Below, one piece after another: positions 25,227 through 32,000 of a stretch of 32,000 nt of DNA. Position 1 is the first letter of the stretch. The number at the start of each line of letters is the position of its first letter. The stretch is from an uncultured marine group I thaumarchaeote (GTDB taxonomy: Archaea; Thermoproteota; Nitrososphaeria; Nitrososphaerales; Nitrosopumilaceae). The notes below the pieces were generated by a model. That model saw nothing but the letters and a program-made list of their open reading frames with translations, did not search any database and was not told the DNA's origin. The DNA lies in contig CABXPS010000005.1 of NCBI GenBank assembly GCA_902514095.1, forward strand, positions 7,735-39,734, in the 5' to 3' direction. Both the position numbers and the translations under genes were made by a program.

Positions 25227-25877
25227 TTAGTCCCACTTTGACCATGCGGCCATCCATCTGTATGTCCAAGTGTTCAATTTACAACCTAATGCTGCAAATG
25301 TACATGCCAAAACTGCACCTGCACCTGCGCCCAATGCGACTGGACTGTTATAGAACTTACCTACCTGGGGTTCTATCGGTGTCATATATGGTGGCAATGT
25401 TGGTCTTGGATATTTGAACGCCGTTTCAAGCGGGTCTGCTACTGTTATCAGGTTTACCATGTTGAATAATGGTAAAGACATTCCTACCAGTACGCCGCCA
25501 AACAGTATCAAGGAGTGCTTGTTCTTCTTTGTTGCCCAGTAGACTAAATCCAAAAGCATTGCTGATGGTAACCAAACTGGAGTTACAATGAAGTCATATG
25601 GATATCCGAGTGCAAACCATGCACCTTTTGCTACCCATGTGTATACTGTCATAATTAGAGCGTAGTACGTTGCTGTGCCTGGAACGCCAGTAAATGTAAG
25701 ATAGTATGTTGCTCCTACAATAAGCATCAAAGTTTGCGATATTGAAAATACCGTATACGATGTCCAAGCCCAGTCAGTGTAAAAGATGTAGTCTCCTGCA
25801 TTAATTGTTAACAGAGTTGAGTTAACTGCAACTACTACTATGAATAAGTAGTGTGTACATCGTCTTAACCAGACCAT
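25227..25877 (-). CDS. amoA: Ammonia monooxygenase subunit A (archaeal)
   Basis: 216 aa, MVWLRRCTHYLFIVVVAVNSTLLTINAGDYIFYTDWAWTS...NTWTYRWMAAWSKWD. I recognise it as group I.1a (Nitrosopumilus-type) AmoA. Confidence 0.97.
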   Translation of the reverse strand: MVWLRRCTHYLFIVVVAVNSTLLTINAGDYIFYTDWAWTSYTVFSISQTLMLIVGATYYLTFTGVPGTATYYALIMTVYTWVAKGAWFALGYPYDFIVTPVWLPSAMLLDLVYWATKKNKHSLILFGGVLVGMSLPLFNMVNLITVADPLETAFKYPRPTLPPYMTPIEPQVGKFYNSPVALGAGAGAVLACTFAALGCKLNTWTYRWMAAWSKWD

Positions 25878-25899
25878 ATGAAGTTGAGGAAAAGGTCTG

Positions 25900-25908
25900 T
25901 ATATAAAA
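25900..25908 (-). promoter_or_regulatory. TATA-like box of amoA (TTTTATATA on the minus strand), centred about 27 nt upstream of the ATG
   Basis: Read directly. The spacing implies a leaderless or near-leaderless mRNA if archaeal TATA-to-TSS spacing of about 25 nt applies. Confidence 0.4.
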
Positions 25909-25982
25909 TTTTAGAGTATGATGGAGATCGGCACATTTGAAGAAAATTAAAATTAAAAAGAAGTAATCTGAGGTGGTTTTGT

Positions 25983-26345
25983 CTATTTTCCAACGAATAA
26001 TGCTATTGCGAGAGTACCTATTGTAACAGCACCTACGACACCAGCAACTATACCATTGCTATTTTTGTTGGAACCTTCTTCCATTACTTTAACACAGAAG
26101 ATGTAACCTATTGCCTCAATGATTGTGAGTACGATGAATGCAAAGTGACCACTTGGGGTTGGATATGCCCATGGATAATAGAAGTATCCTGCTGCAGTTC
26201 CACCAAAAGTTGCTAGCCATGCTGCGATGAATGAAATGGTAATCATACCAGTCATGTTTTCAACGCGTTTTCCAATCATTCGTTCAACGTCGGCACTTGA
26301 TGATCCACCAGCGCCGCCAGAACCGAATCCTTTAGGAAGAGTCAT
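25983..26345 (-). CDS. amoX: AmoX (small membrane protein conserved between amoA and amoC in AOA)
   Basis: 120 aa with a Gly-rich N-terminus and hydrophobic segments (MITISFIAAWLATFGG; FAFIVLTIIEAIGYIFCV; IVAGVVGAVTIGTLAIALFVG). Its position between amoA and amoC matches the known marine AOA arrangement. Confidence 0.8.
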   Translation of the reverse strand: MTLPKGFGSGGAGGSSSADVERMIGKRVENMTGMITISFIAAWLATFGGTAAGYFYYPWAYPTPSGHFAFIVLTIIEAIGYIFCVKVMEEGSNKNSNGIVAGVVGAVTIGTLAIALFVGK

Positions 26346-26420
26346 TATGTAAATAATCTGATTCAGAATCCTTTTAAATCTTTCTTCAAGAGACGATTTC
26401 AGTACCGATCAGGTAAACTT

Positions 26421-26462
26421 AGAAGAAATAATAAAAATAGAAAAAAGTGTGCGTTTGCACGT
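26421..26462 (-). terminator. amoC 3' region: short GUGC-AAAC-GCAC hairpin followed by a U6 run and further U-rich tracts
   Basis: Minus-strand read after the amoC stop: ACACAACGUGCAAACGCACACUUUUUUCUAUUUUUAUUAUUU. Confidence 0.4.
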
Positions 26463-26467
26463 TGTGT

Positions 26468-27031
26468 CTATGGAATGCTTCTACTGTACAATTTGCCTTC
26501 TAGAGCCATCTTGTACATTTCTGCAACATATGGATTCTCACCAGGAGTTTCTGCACCTAGTTCTACAAGTCGAGCATATACTCTAACTACGTATGCTAGT
26601 GCACCCATGAAAGCTACTACAACTCCCATGTTAAACATCCAGTGATTTGGTACTGCAAATATTTCTTCTACAAACCAGAAATGCCACATCTCATTGACCC
26701 CAATTGTAAACATTGTTGCTAAGTAACCAAGAATGGTCATCTTTAAGCCAGTGTTCATTGAATTATTAGGACCTCTAAGAACAGGTATTTTTCTATCATA
26801 GATTGCTGCTGCTCCCCATCCAAGTGGTAATGTGATGAAGTGAGAGTATAGCCACCAGTGTGCTGGTGTAAATGCACTATCTCTGATAGAGGTTTGATGC
26901 AAAGAACCATCAACGAAGTTATCAACTTCGACTGATGCTGCAGTGGATCCCATAGCTATGACGATGAGCCAGATTTTCTTTAGTCTCTGGATCTCAACTT
27001 CTTTTGGAATTAATGCGGGCATCTGTGCCAT
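26468..27031 (-). CDS. amoC: Ammonia monooxygenase subunit C (archaeal)
   Basis: 187 aa, MAQMPALIPKEVEIQRLKKIW...HWWLYSHFITLPLGWG...NEMWHFWFVEEIF...; recognised as archaeal AmoC. Confidence 0.95.
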   Translation of the reverse strand: MAQMPALIPKEVEIQRLKKIWLIVIAMGSTAASVEVDNFVDGSLHQTSIRDSAFTPAHWWLYSHFITLPLGWGAAAIYDRKIPVLRGPNNSMNTGLKMTILGYLATMFTIGVNEMWHFWFVEEIFAVPNHWMFNMGVVVAFMGALAYVVRVYARLVELGAETPGENPYVAEMYKMALEGKLYSRSIP

Positions 27032-27288
27032 GTGTACATATGGGTGAATTCGACATATAAAGCAAGAGTTTACAACTTTAACTTATTTAATAAATTTTTC
27101 ATAAAAATATATTAAATAAATTGAAATAAATTTGTTTTATTAAATATTATTTGATAAAAATTACATCATTTTTTTATGAATTTCATTGTTTAACGTTAAT
27201 GATAAACATTAGTAAAAATCACCGATCCTCGTTAAGAAGGTAAAACATATAACGATGAAATCTGCCTCATCATTAATAGGGATATAAT
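27032..27288. promoter_or_regulatory. Divergent amoC/amoB control region, extremely AT-rich, with repeated motifs
   Basis: The amoC TATA-like box (atataaa, 27055-27061) is centred about 27 nt from the amoC ATG. AATAAATT occurs three times exactly (27089-27096, 27115-27122, 27125-27132). The palindrome TTAACGTTAA (27190-27199) is nested in the TGTTTA...TAAACA inverted repeat (27187-27208). Confidence 0.5.
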
Positions 27289-27858
27289 ATGGTCGAAAAA
27301 AAGATTCTCGTATTAGGACTATCTGTAGTACTTGCACTAGGAACATTAGGATTCAACTGGGTTGAAACTATAATGCCAAGTGCAGATGCACACGGTGTCC
27401 AAGCACAACTCCAAAGTCGTTTCATCAGAATTGAAGATGAAACCTTCAATAGACAATCCCTACAAACTGGCGAAACCTTGACACTTCAAGGAACTTTAGT
27501 CAGTCTTGTAGAAAGAGACCTTAGAGGATGGTTGTCCATTTTCTCAGAGTCAACTAACGCAGGTAACAGATGGGAAATGTTAGCAAGAGATCCACCAGGA
27601 AACGTCTTTGACATTGCTGGTAACTCAGTTGTCGATTACTCATTATCTGCAAAAGCACTTGAAGCAGGTGTATACCACGTACACACCCAACTCAACGTAG
27701 CAAAAGTTGGTCCAGGACTTGGTCCAGGTCAAACTGTTGTCGTAGAAGGTGAACCAATTATCAAACCAATTCCATATACCAACATCGCATACCAATCAAT
27801 CATAATTGGTGTCGGATATGTTATTACGTTTGCAACTAGACCTTGGCAAGTTATCTAA
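27289..27858 (+). CDS. amoB: Ammonia monooxygenase subunit B (archaeal, short form)
   Basis: 189 aa with a signal/anchor sequence, then ADAHGVQAQLQSRFIRIED..., a single cupredoxin-like domain and a C-terminal TM (IAYQSIIIGVGYVITFA); recognised as archaeal AmoB. Confidence 0.92.
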   Translation: MVEKKILVLGLSVVLALGTLGFNWVETIMPSADAHGVQAQLQSRFIRIEDETFNRQSLQTGETLTLQGTLVSLVERDLRGWLSIFSESTNAGNRWEMLARDPPGNVFDIAGNSVVDYSLSAKALEAGVYHVHTQLNVAKVGPGLGPGQTVVVEGEPIIKPIPYTNIAYQSIIIGVGYVITFATRPWQVI

Positions 27859-27949
27859 AATAACCCACTTTTTCATTTTATAGATACTCCTTACGCTTTG
27901 CGTTAAATGATCAAAATACCTTTTATTCAGAATACTCAATAGAAAAGAA

Positions 27950-28264
27950 ATGTTAAATTTTAAAATAACAAAATTAGATATTAATCAAAGTTATTTTTTT
28001 GGGGAAGTTGAATTTCGTTCTGATAAATACAAAGTAAATATTCAAAATGAAAGAAGAGGCAAAGTTCTCAGATTACCATTTCAAATAGATTCAAAAAATA
28101 AAAAAATTATTGTAAGGATGACAGGATCTGGGGATTTGTTTGTAGAAGATTATTTACCATACAAAGGAGAATCAGAGTGGTTAGAAATAGACTCAAATGA
28201 AATTACATATTTTTTTGCAGACCATCAGGACCAATTAGATACAATTGAAATAATGTATGAGTAA
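27950..28264 (+). CDS. Hypothetical soluble protein (104 aa) downstream of amoB
   Basis: ORF with ordinary AT-rich codon usage, no hydrophobic segment and no motif recognised. Confidence 0.45.
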   Translation: MLNFKITKLDINQSYFFGEVEFRSDKYKVNIQNERRGKVLRLPFQIDSKNKKIIVRMTGSGDLFVEDYLPYKGESEWLEIDSNEITYFFADHQDQLDTIEIMYE

Positions 28265-28296
28265 AAGAAAGGACTTTAAGGAATCCAAGTGAAATA

Positions 28297-28830
28297 TTGA
28301 CAATGATTTGGCCAGGTACTGGAGATCCATATAAAAGGAAAAAAGCTATAAGATTTCTTCTGATAAGTGCTGCCATAGGTGGTATTGCAGTATTACTTAC
28401 AACTGTAGGAGTTAATCCGATGATAGCTAAGCAAGCACATAATGCATGTATTGATGATATGGATACTGATTGGAAAATATCATTTACATTTGAAATGATT
28501 ATGGACGGTCAAAAAGCTGAAGTTCAACCAAATATTGGGATCACAGAAGAGTGTCAAAGAGCCATATACACACTTTCTAGTGATGGTACAGTATATGCAG
28601 AATGGACAGAAAACCCCAATTTTGAATTAGGGCATTTCCTATACATTTCCAAGTTTCAAATTAGAGATATGGAAGAGTCAAAAACAGAAATTTATGTAAA
28701 TGATAGATTAGCAGAGAATGGTCTCAAAACTCCATTACAAGATAAGTATCACTACAAAGCAGTGTTTACCACAAAGAATTATGATACATCTAAAGACAAA
28801 GATTACTTACCACCAATACCAGAAAACTAA
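28297..28830 (+). CDS. Hypothetical N-terminally anchored extracytoplasmic protein (about 175 aa)
   Basis: The track start is TTG at 28297; the ATG at 28303 (MIWPGTG...) is more likely. It has a basic stretch followed by a TM helix (FLLISAAIGGIAVLLTTVGV), then a roughly 130-aa domain with two Cys and four His. Confidence 0.5.
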   Translation: MTMIWPGTGDPYKRKKAIRFLLISAAIGGIAVLLTTVGVNPMIAKQAHNACIDDMDTDWKISFTFEMIMDGQKAEVQPNIGITEECQRAIYTLSSDGTVYAEWTENPNFELGHFLYISKFQIRDMEESKTEIYVNDRLAENGLKTPLQDKYHYKAVFTTKNYDTSKDKDYLPPIPEN

Positions 28831-28844
28831 ATTCAAAAAAAAAG

Positions 28845-28884
28845 TAAATTTAGACTTTGTGAATTTAGAAAATTAAATTTAGAC
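28845..28884. repeat. Three tandem copies of t(a/g)aatttaga(c/a), spaced 15 and 14 nt apart, in a convergent intergenic region
   Basis: taaatttagac at 28845-28855, tgaatttagaa at 28860-28870 and taaatttagac at 28874-28884, read directly. Confidence 0.5.
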
Positions 28885-28973
28885 GATTGACAACAAAGTA
28901 TTTTAAAAATATAAAATTCATGGGAGAATTAAGTTAAAGTTTTAAAAATAATGAAAAGATGAAAGTTGGTAAT

Positions 28974-29243
28974 TTACCAATATTTACCGTTGTCTGGAAT
29001 AAGACCAATACCTTCTCTTTCAAAGTGTCTGTCTAATTCATCAACCCATCTCTCACGGTTGTCTTTGTAAGCCCAGCCGTGTACACGTAACCAGAATGAA
29101 ATTACTCCAAGAAGGAATATTGTGAACATCATGGTTCCGAAGATGTAAATCATTACATCATAGAATAATGGATCATAGTTTGGTCCTAATTGTCCTGTTA
29201 ATGTTGACAGGATATTTAGGAAAATACCTACGATAGGAATCAT
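28974..29243 (-). CDS. Small membrane protein (89 aa), AMO accessory-subunit candidate (AmoY/AmoZ type; which one is unresolved)
   Basis: Two hydrophobic segments (IPIVGIFLNILSTL; VMIYIFGTMMFTIFLLGVISFWL) and a charged C-terminal tail. Its G+C enrichment matches amoA/X/C/B. A TATA-like atatatac (29267-29274) is centred about 27 nt upstream of the ATG, the same geometry as amoA and amoC. Confidence 0.6.
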   Translation of the reverse strand: MIPIVGIFLNILSTLTGQLGPNYDPLFYDVMIYIFGTMMFTIFLLGVISFWLRVHGWAYKDNRERWVDELDRHFEREGIGLIPDNGKYW

Positions 29244-29355
29244 AACATTTTTGCACTATTTGTGCGATATATACATTTCTTTTATTATCATAAAGTACGA
29301 GATCAGTATCCACTAAGAGAGTATAATAAAATGAAAAGGAAAAGTGAGGTTTGTT

Positions 29356-29688
29356 TTATCCTCTGCCCATTGCTGCGTATTTACCAGATCTTCCTCTCAA
29401 GAAGAAAGCTCCTGCAATACCACCGAATACTGCACCTGCAATTATTGCTGCGCCAACAACACCGTCTGCACTAATGTATGGTGTTCCTGATCCAGCTGCT
29501 GGATTTGCATCAGCAGAAGCAACTCTTCGTGTTTGAATCTCAAGTGCTTCTTCTAAAGTATATGATCCGGTTTCTCCTGCACTACCAACGTTACCCATGT
29601 ATTGTGCAAATGCTACTGCACTGTCTGCATAGAGTCCGATAGTGAAGACAGCTATTAAGGATGCTACTAAAATTATTTTTGTATTCAT
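29356..29688 (-). CDS. Small type-I membrane protein (110 aa), AMO accessory-subunit candidate (AmoY/AmoZ type; which one is unresolved)
   Basis: Signal-peptide-like N-terminus (KIILVASLIAVFTIGLYADSAVAFA), an Ala/Gly-rich linker, a C-terminal glycine-zipper TM (GVVGAAIIAGAVFGGIAGAFFL) and a basic tail. It is G+C-enriched like the amo genes. Confidence 0.6.
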   Translation of the reverse strand: MNTKIILVASLIAVFTIGLYADSAVAFAQYMGNVGSAGETGSYTLEEALEIQTRRVASADANPAAGSGTPYISADGVVGAAIIAGAVFGGIAGAFFLRGRSGKYAAMGRG

Positions 29689-29811
29689 ACCTTTTACCTG
29701 ACGTTTTCCAGCCAGAGACTTATTTAACTTTTATTCTAAATGCCAAAATTGTGATTTTATTGCGAGATCAGCAAAAGCAACGTTTAATTCTACTTTTAAT
29801 TGAGCCAAATC

Positions 29812-30261
29812 ATGGGACGAATGCATACACACAGACATGGTAAATCACATTCAATTAGACCAGCCACACTACGTGCACCATCATGGATTACATTAACACC
29901 TGCAGAAATAGAAGCATTAGTCATAAAATATGCTAAGGATGGTTTGACTCCTAGTCAAATTGGAATCAAATTAAGAGATCAACATTCAATTCCATTAATC
30001 AAACCAATTACAAAAAAGGGAATTAATCAAATTTTAGAAGAAAATGACTTGAAAGCAGATATGCCAGAAGACTTGGAAAACATTGTCAATAAAGCAGTAG
30101 GTCTTCAAAAACATCTTAAAGAAAATAAAGGAGATAACAGAAACGTTAGATCTTTAGAATTAATTGAAGCTAAAGTTCACAGATTATCTGTATATTACAA
30201 AAGAATTGAGAGAATTCCTAAAACATGGAAGTATAAATCCGTGGTTGCTCAATTAGAGTAA
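29812..30261 (+). CDS. rps15: 30S ribosomal protein S15 (uS15, archaeal S15P/S13e)
   Basis: MGRMHTHRHGKSHSIRP... is the canonical archaeal S15 N-terminus. I prefer the ATG at 29812 over the track TTG at 29800. A TATA-like tttaatt is centred about 26 nt upstream. Confidence 0.9.
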   Translation: MGRMHTHRHGKSHSIRPATLRAPSWITLTPAEIEALVIKYAKDGLTPSQIGIKLRDQHSIPLIKPITKKGINQILEENDLKADMPEDLENIVNKAVGLQKHLKENKGDNRNVRSLELIEAKVHRLSVYYKRIERIPKTWKYKSVVAQLE

Positions 30262-31682
30262 TGACAAAAGCGTTTGAAGAATCACTATCATTTTTCAAAG
30301 ATAAAATTTCAGATTGTATAAAATCTAAAAAATCAATTTCAATTACAACTCATATTGATTGTGATGGATTAACATCTGGAAGTATTATTGCCAAAGCGTT
30401 GATCAGAGAAGGTGCAAAATGTACCCTTAGAACATCAAAAGAGTTTAGTAAAAATGTAGTAAAGTCGTTCAAAACAGATTCTAGAGATTTTCACATTGTA
30501 ACAGATTTGGGAGGGGGATTTGGAAAAGAGCTAAATCAAACATTAGAAGATAACTGGGTTATTTTAGATCATCATCAAATATCAGAAGAAGAAAAAGACA
30601 ATCAAAATATCATAAATTCATGGAAATATGGAATTGATGGCGGTTCAGAAATTTGTGCTGGTGGAATGGCATATTTTGCAGCAATGGCACTTGATGAAAA
30701 AAATTCAGATTTATCAGAAATTGCAATAGTTTCAGCATTAGGAGATAGACAAGATCAAGGGGAGAGAAAATCATTTACAGGTAAAAATTTTGAAATTGCC
30801 AATACTGCTAAAGAATTAGGACTAGTAGAGATAGATTTAGACTTGTTACTAGTGGGAAGAGAAACTAGACCACTTGCAGAAGCCCTTGCTTTTACATCAC
30901 AGCCATTTATCGAAGGATTAACATGGAATAAAGAAACATGTTTATCAATTCTAAAATCATCTGGAATTAAACTAAAAGAAGAGGGCAGATGGAGAGTTCC
31001 AGCAGAACTAAATGAAGAGGAGAAGAAAACAGTAATAGAATCTATAACTAAATTCTCTGCAGATAAAAACAACATAGGAATAATGTCAGAGTTGATTGGA
31101 TATACATACACATTTCCAAGAGAGGATAAGAGAAGTGTTCTAAGAGATGGAAGAGAGTATTCAACTATGCTTAATTCCTGTGGAAGAATTAATCGTTCAG
31201 GAGTTGGAATGGCAATATGTATGGGAGACAGAAATAAAATTCTAACCGAAGGAGAAGATATTCTAACAGATTATAGAAAAAAGATCAAAGAATACATGAA
31301 TATTTTATCAAATGAAAGGTGGAGAATTTCAGAAAATAAAAATTGTGTAATGGTAAATGGAGAAGACATAGTGCCAGAAACAATGACAGGGACAATATCA
31401 TCACTAATTGCAGGATCACCAAAAAATACAGGAAAAATTGTCATTCTAAGAACTAGAGGAGAAGAAAATACAATAAAATTTTCATCAAGAAAATCCTTTG
31501 GCTGTAAATCAGAGATTAATCTTAGTGAATTAATGAGAAACGGTGCTAAAAGATTTGAGGGTATTGGAGGAGGTCATAATGGAGCAGCAGGTGCAAAAAT
31601 AACTAAAGACAAATTGGACGAATTTTTAAAATATTTAGAAGTAAATGTCGTTAACGTGTCAAATACAAATAATTCTGAATAA
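30261..31682 (+). CDS. RecJ-like DHH/DHHA1 phosphoesterase (archaeal GAN/RecJ-Cdc45 homologue)
   Basis: 473 aa with DHH motifs (HIDCDGLTSG, VTDLGGG, ILDHHQ) and a DHHA1 GGGHNGAAGA. Its ATG overlaps the S15 stop (TAATG). Confidence 0.8.
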   Translation: MTKAFEESLSFFKDKISDCIKSKKSISITTHIDCDGLTSGSIIAKALIREGAKCTLRTSKEFSKNVVKSFKTDSRDFHIVTDLGGGFGKELNQTLEDNWVILDHHQISEEEKDNQNIINSWKYGIDGGSEICAGGMAYFAAMALDEKNSDLSEIAIVSALGDRQDQGERKSFTGKNFEIANTAKELGLVEIDLDLLLVGRETRPLAEALAFTSQPFIEGLTWNKETCLSILKSSGIKLKEEGRWRVPAELNEEEKKTVIESITKFSADKNNIGIMSELIGYTYTFPREDKRSVLRDGREYSTMLNSCGRINRSGVGMAICMGDRNKILTEGEDILTDYRKKIKEYMNILSNERWRISENKNCVMVNGEDIVPETMTGTISSLIAGSPKNTGKIVILRTRGEENTIKFSSRKSFGCKSEINLSELMRNGAKRFEGIGGGHNGAAGAKITKDKLDEFLKYLEVNVVNVSNTNNSE

Positions 31683-31887
31683 CATATCCAAAAAAAAGGC
31701 AGAAACTGTAAAAAAGGCATTAGAGCCAGATAATGTAAATTTTCCAAAAGGATTGAGTCTTTATGTTGAAAATATTGATAGCAAACTTGTTTTTAATTTT
31801 GAAAGTAAAGAAAATATGAAACAACTCGTAGGCACAGTAGACGAAGTGTTAGAACATATCCAAGTTGCATTAAAGGTGATTGAATAA
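31645..31887 (+). CDS. pcc1: KEOPS complex subunit Pcc1-like protein (start uncertain)
   Basis: An 80-aa ORF. AETVKKALEPDNVNFPKGLSLYVENIDSKLVFNFESKENMKQLVGTVDEVLEHIQVALKVIE matches the Pcc1/CTAG pattern. The track start overlaps the RecJ-like gene by 38 nt. Confidence 0.55.
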   Translation: MSLTCQIQIILNNISKKKAETVKKALEPDNVNFPKGLSLYVENIDSKLVFNFESKENMKQLVGTVDEVLEHIQVALKVIE

Positions 31888-32000
31888 TGTTAGATCCTAA
31901 ACTAATCAAAGAAAAACCAGAGATTATTAGAAATATGCTCAAAGCAAGAGCAATAGAATTTGATCTAGATGGATTGATTGAATCAGACCAAAAAAGACGA
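31887..32000 (+). CDS. serS: Seryl-tRNA synthetase, N-terminal fragment (runs off the window end)
   Basis: Hand translation MLDPKLIKEKPEIIRNMLKARAIEFDLDGLIESDQKRR matches the SerRS N-terminal coiled-coil start. Its ATG overlaps the Pcc1 stop (TAATG). Confidence 0.75.
   Translation, partial: MLDPKLIKEKPEIIRNMLKARAIEFDLDGLIESDQKRR

Noticed and set aside
25220-25417. 65-aa plus-strand ORF overlapping amoA, plus the 29262-29474, 29351-29536 and 29661-29843 plus-strand ORFs overlapping the small membrane genes
   Set aside because: They are antisense shadows of G+C-richer, clearly coding minus-strand genes and have no independent signals.
25227-29688. Higher G+C of the amo genes as evidence for a horizontally acquired island
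   Set aside because: The enrichment is confined to the coding parts of the membrane-protein genes, while the spacers are extremely AT-rich. That pattern is better explained by hydrophobic amino-acid composition and high-expression codon bias. No mobility genes or flanking repeats were seen.
29800-29811. TTG start for S15 given by the track
   Set aside because: The ATG at 29812 yields the canonical MGRMHTHRHGKS N-terminus and lies about 26 nt downstream of a TATA-like box.
1310-31111. About twenty short track ORFs lying antisense within longer genes (for example 1310-1519, 1665-1904, 4188-4394, 6646-6900, 7787-8017, 9598-9798, 11856-12178, 14902-15087, 16704-16934, 17241-17459, 17922-18107, 18240-18476, 18493-18696, 18838-19056, 20354-20689, 30755-31111)
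   Set aside because: Each lies entirely inside a longer ORF that has strong family motifs on the opposite strand. Their sequences are low-complexity and typical of shadow frames in AT-rich DNA.

Overview
AT-rich archaeal chromosome segment. Gene content and the AmoA/AmoB/AmoC protein sequences point to a marine ammonia-oxidising thaumarchaeon (Nitrosopumilus-like). About 25 kb is tightly packed housekeeping: rtcB (partial), purB, a pterin mini-cluster, valS, pdxS/pdxT, aconitase, pheS/pheT, trpS, archaeal PPAT, S15, a RecJ/GAN-like DHH protein, Pcc1, serS (partial) and five tRNAs (Trp-CCA, Ala-UGC, Ile-GAU, Leu-UAA, Thr-GGU). The biological centrepiece is the ammonia monooxygenase locus at about 25.2-29.7 kb. 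It reads amoA-amoX-amoC on the minus strand and amoB divergently on the plus strand. Two uncharacterised ORFs follow amoB, then two small, visibly G+C-enriched membrane-protein genes that I interpret as AMO accessory-subunit candidates (AmoY/AmoZ type). Items outside the ORF track: a G+C-rich intergenic island at 13772-13937 folds on the minus strand into two hairpins, and the 3' hairpin has every hallmark of an archaeal H/ACA guide RNA (lower stem, 6+6 pocket, short upper stem, K-turn, ACA 15 nt from the pocket). A Dam-family DNA methyltransferase with no nuclease partner sits between tRNA-Thr and amoA, behind a symmetric direct-repeat/palindrome/direct-repeat motif. There is an untracked 33-codon membrane ORF with the same TATA-to-ATG geometry as the amo genes. 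Other notable genes are a wHTH regulator with a degenerate B12-binding-like domain, a zinc-ribbon protein flanked by DRGSRYSRD repeats, and a PEFG-CTERM sorting-signal surface protein. No CRISPR array, rRNA, integrase or transposase was seen. All functional calls come from motif recognition by eye; no searches were run.
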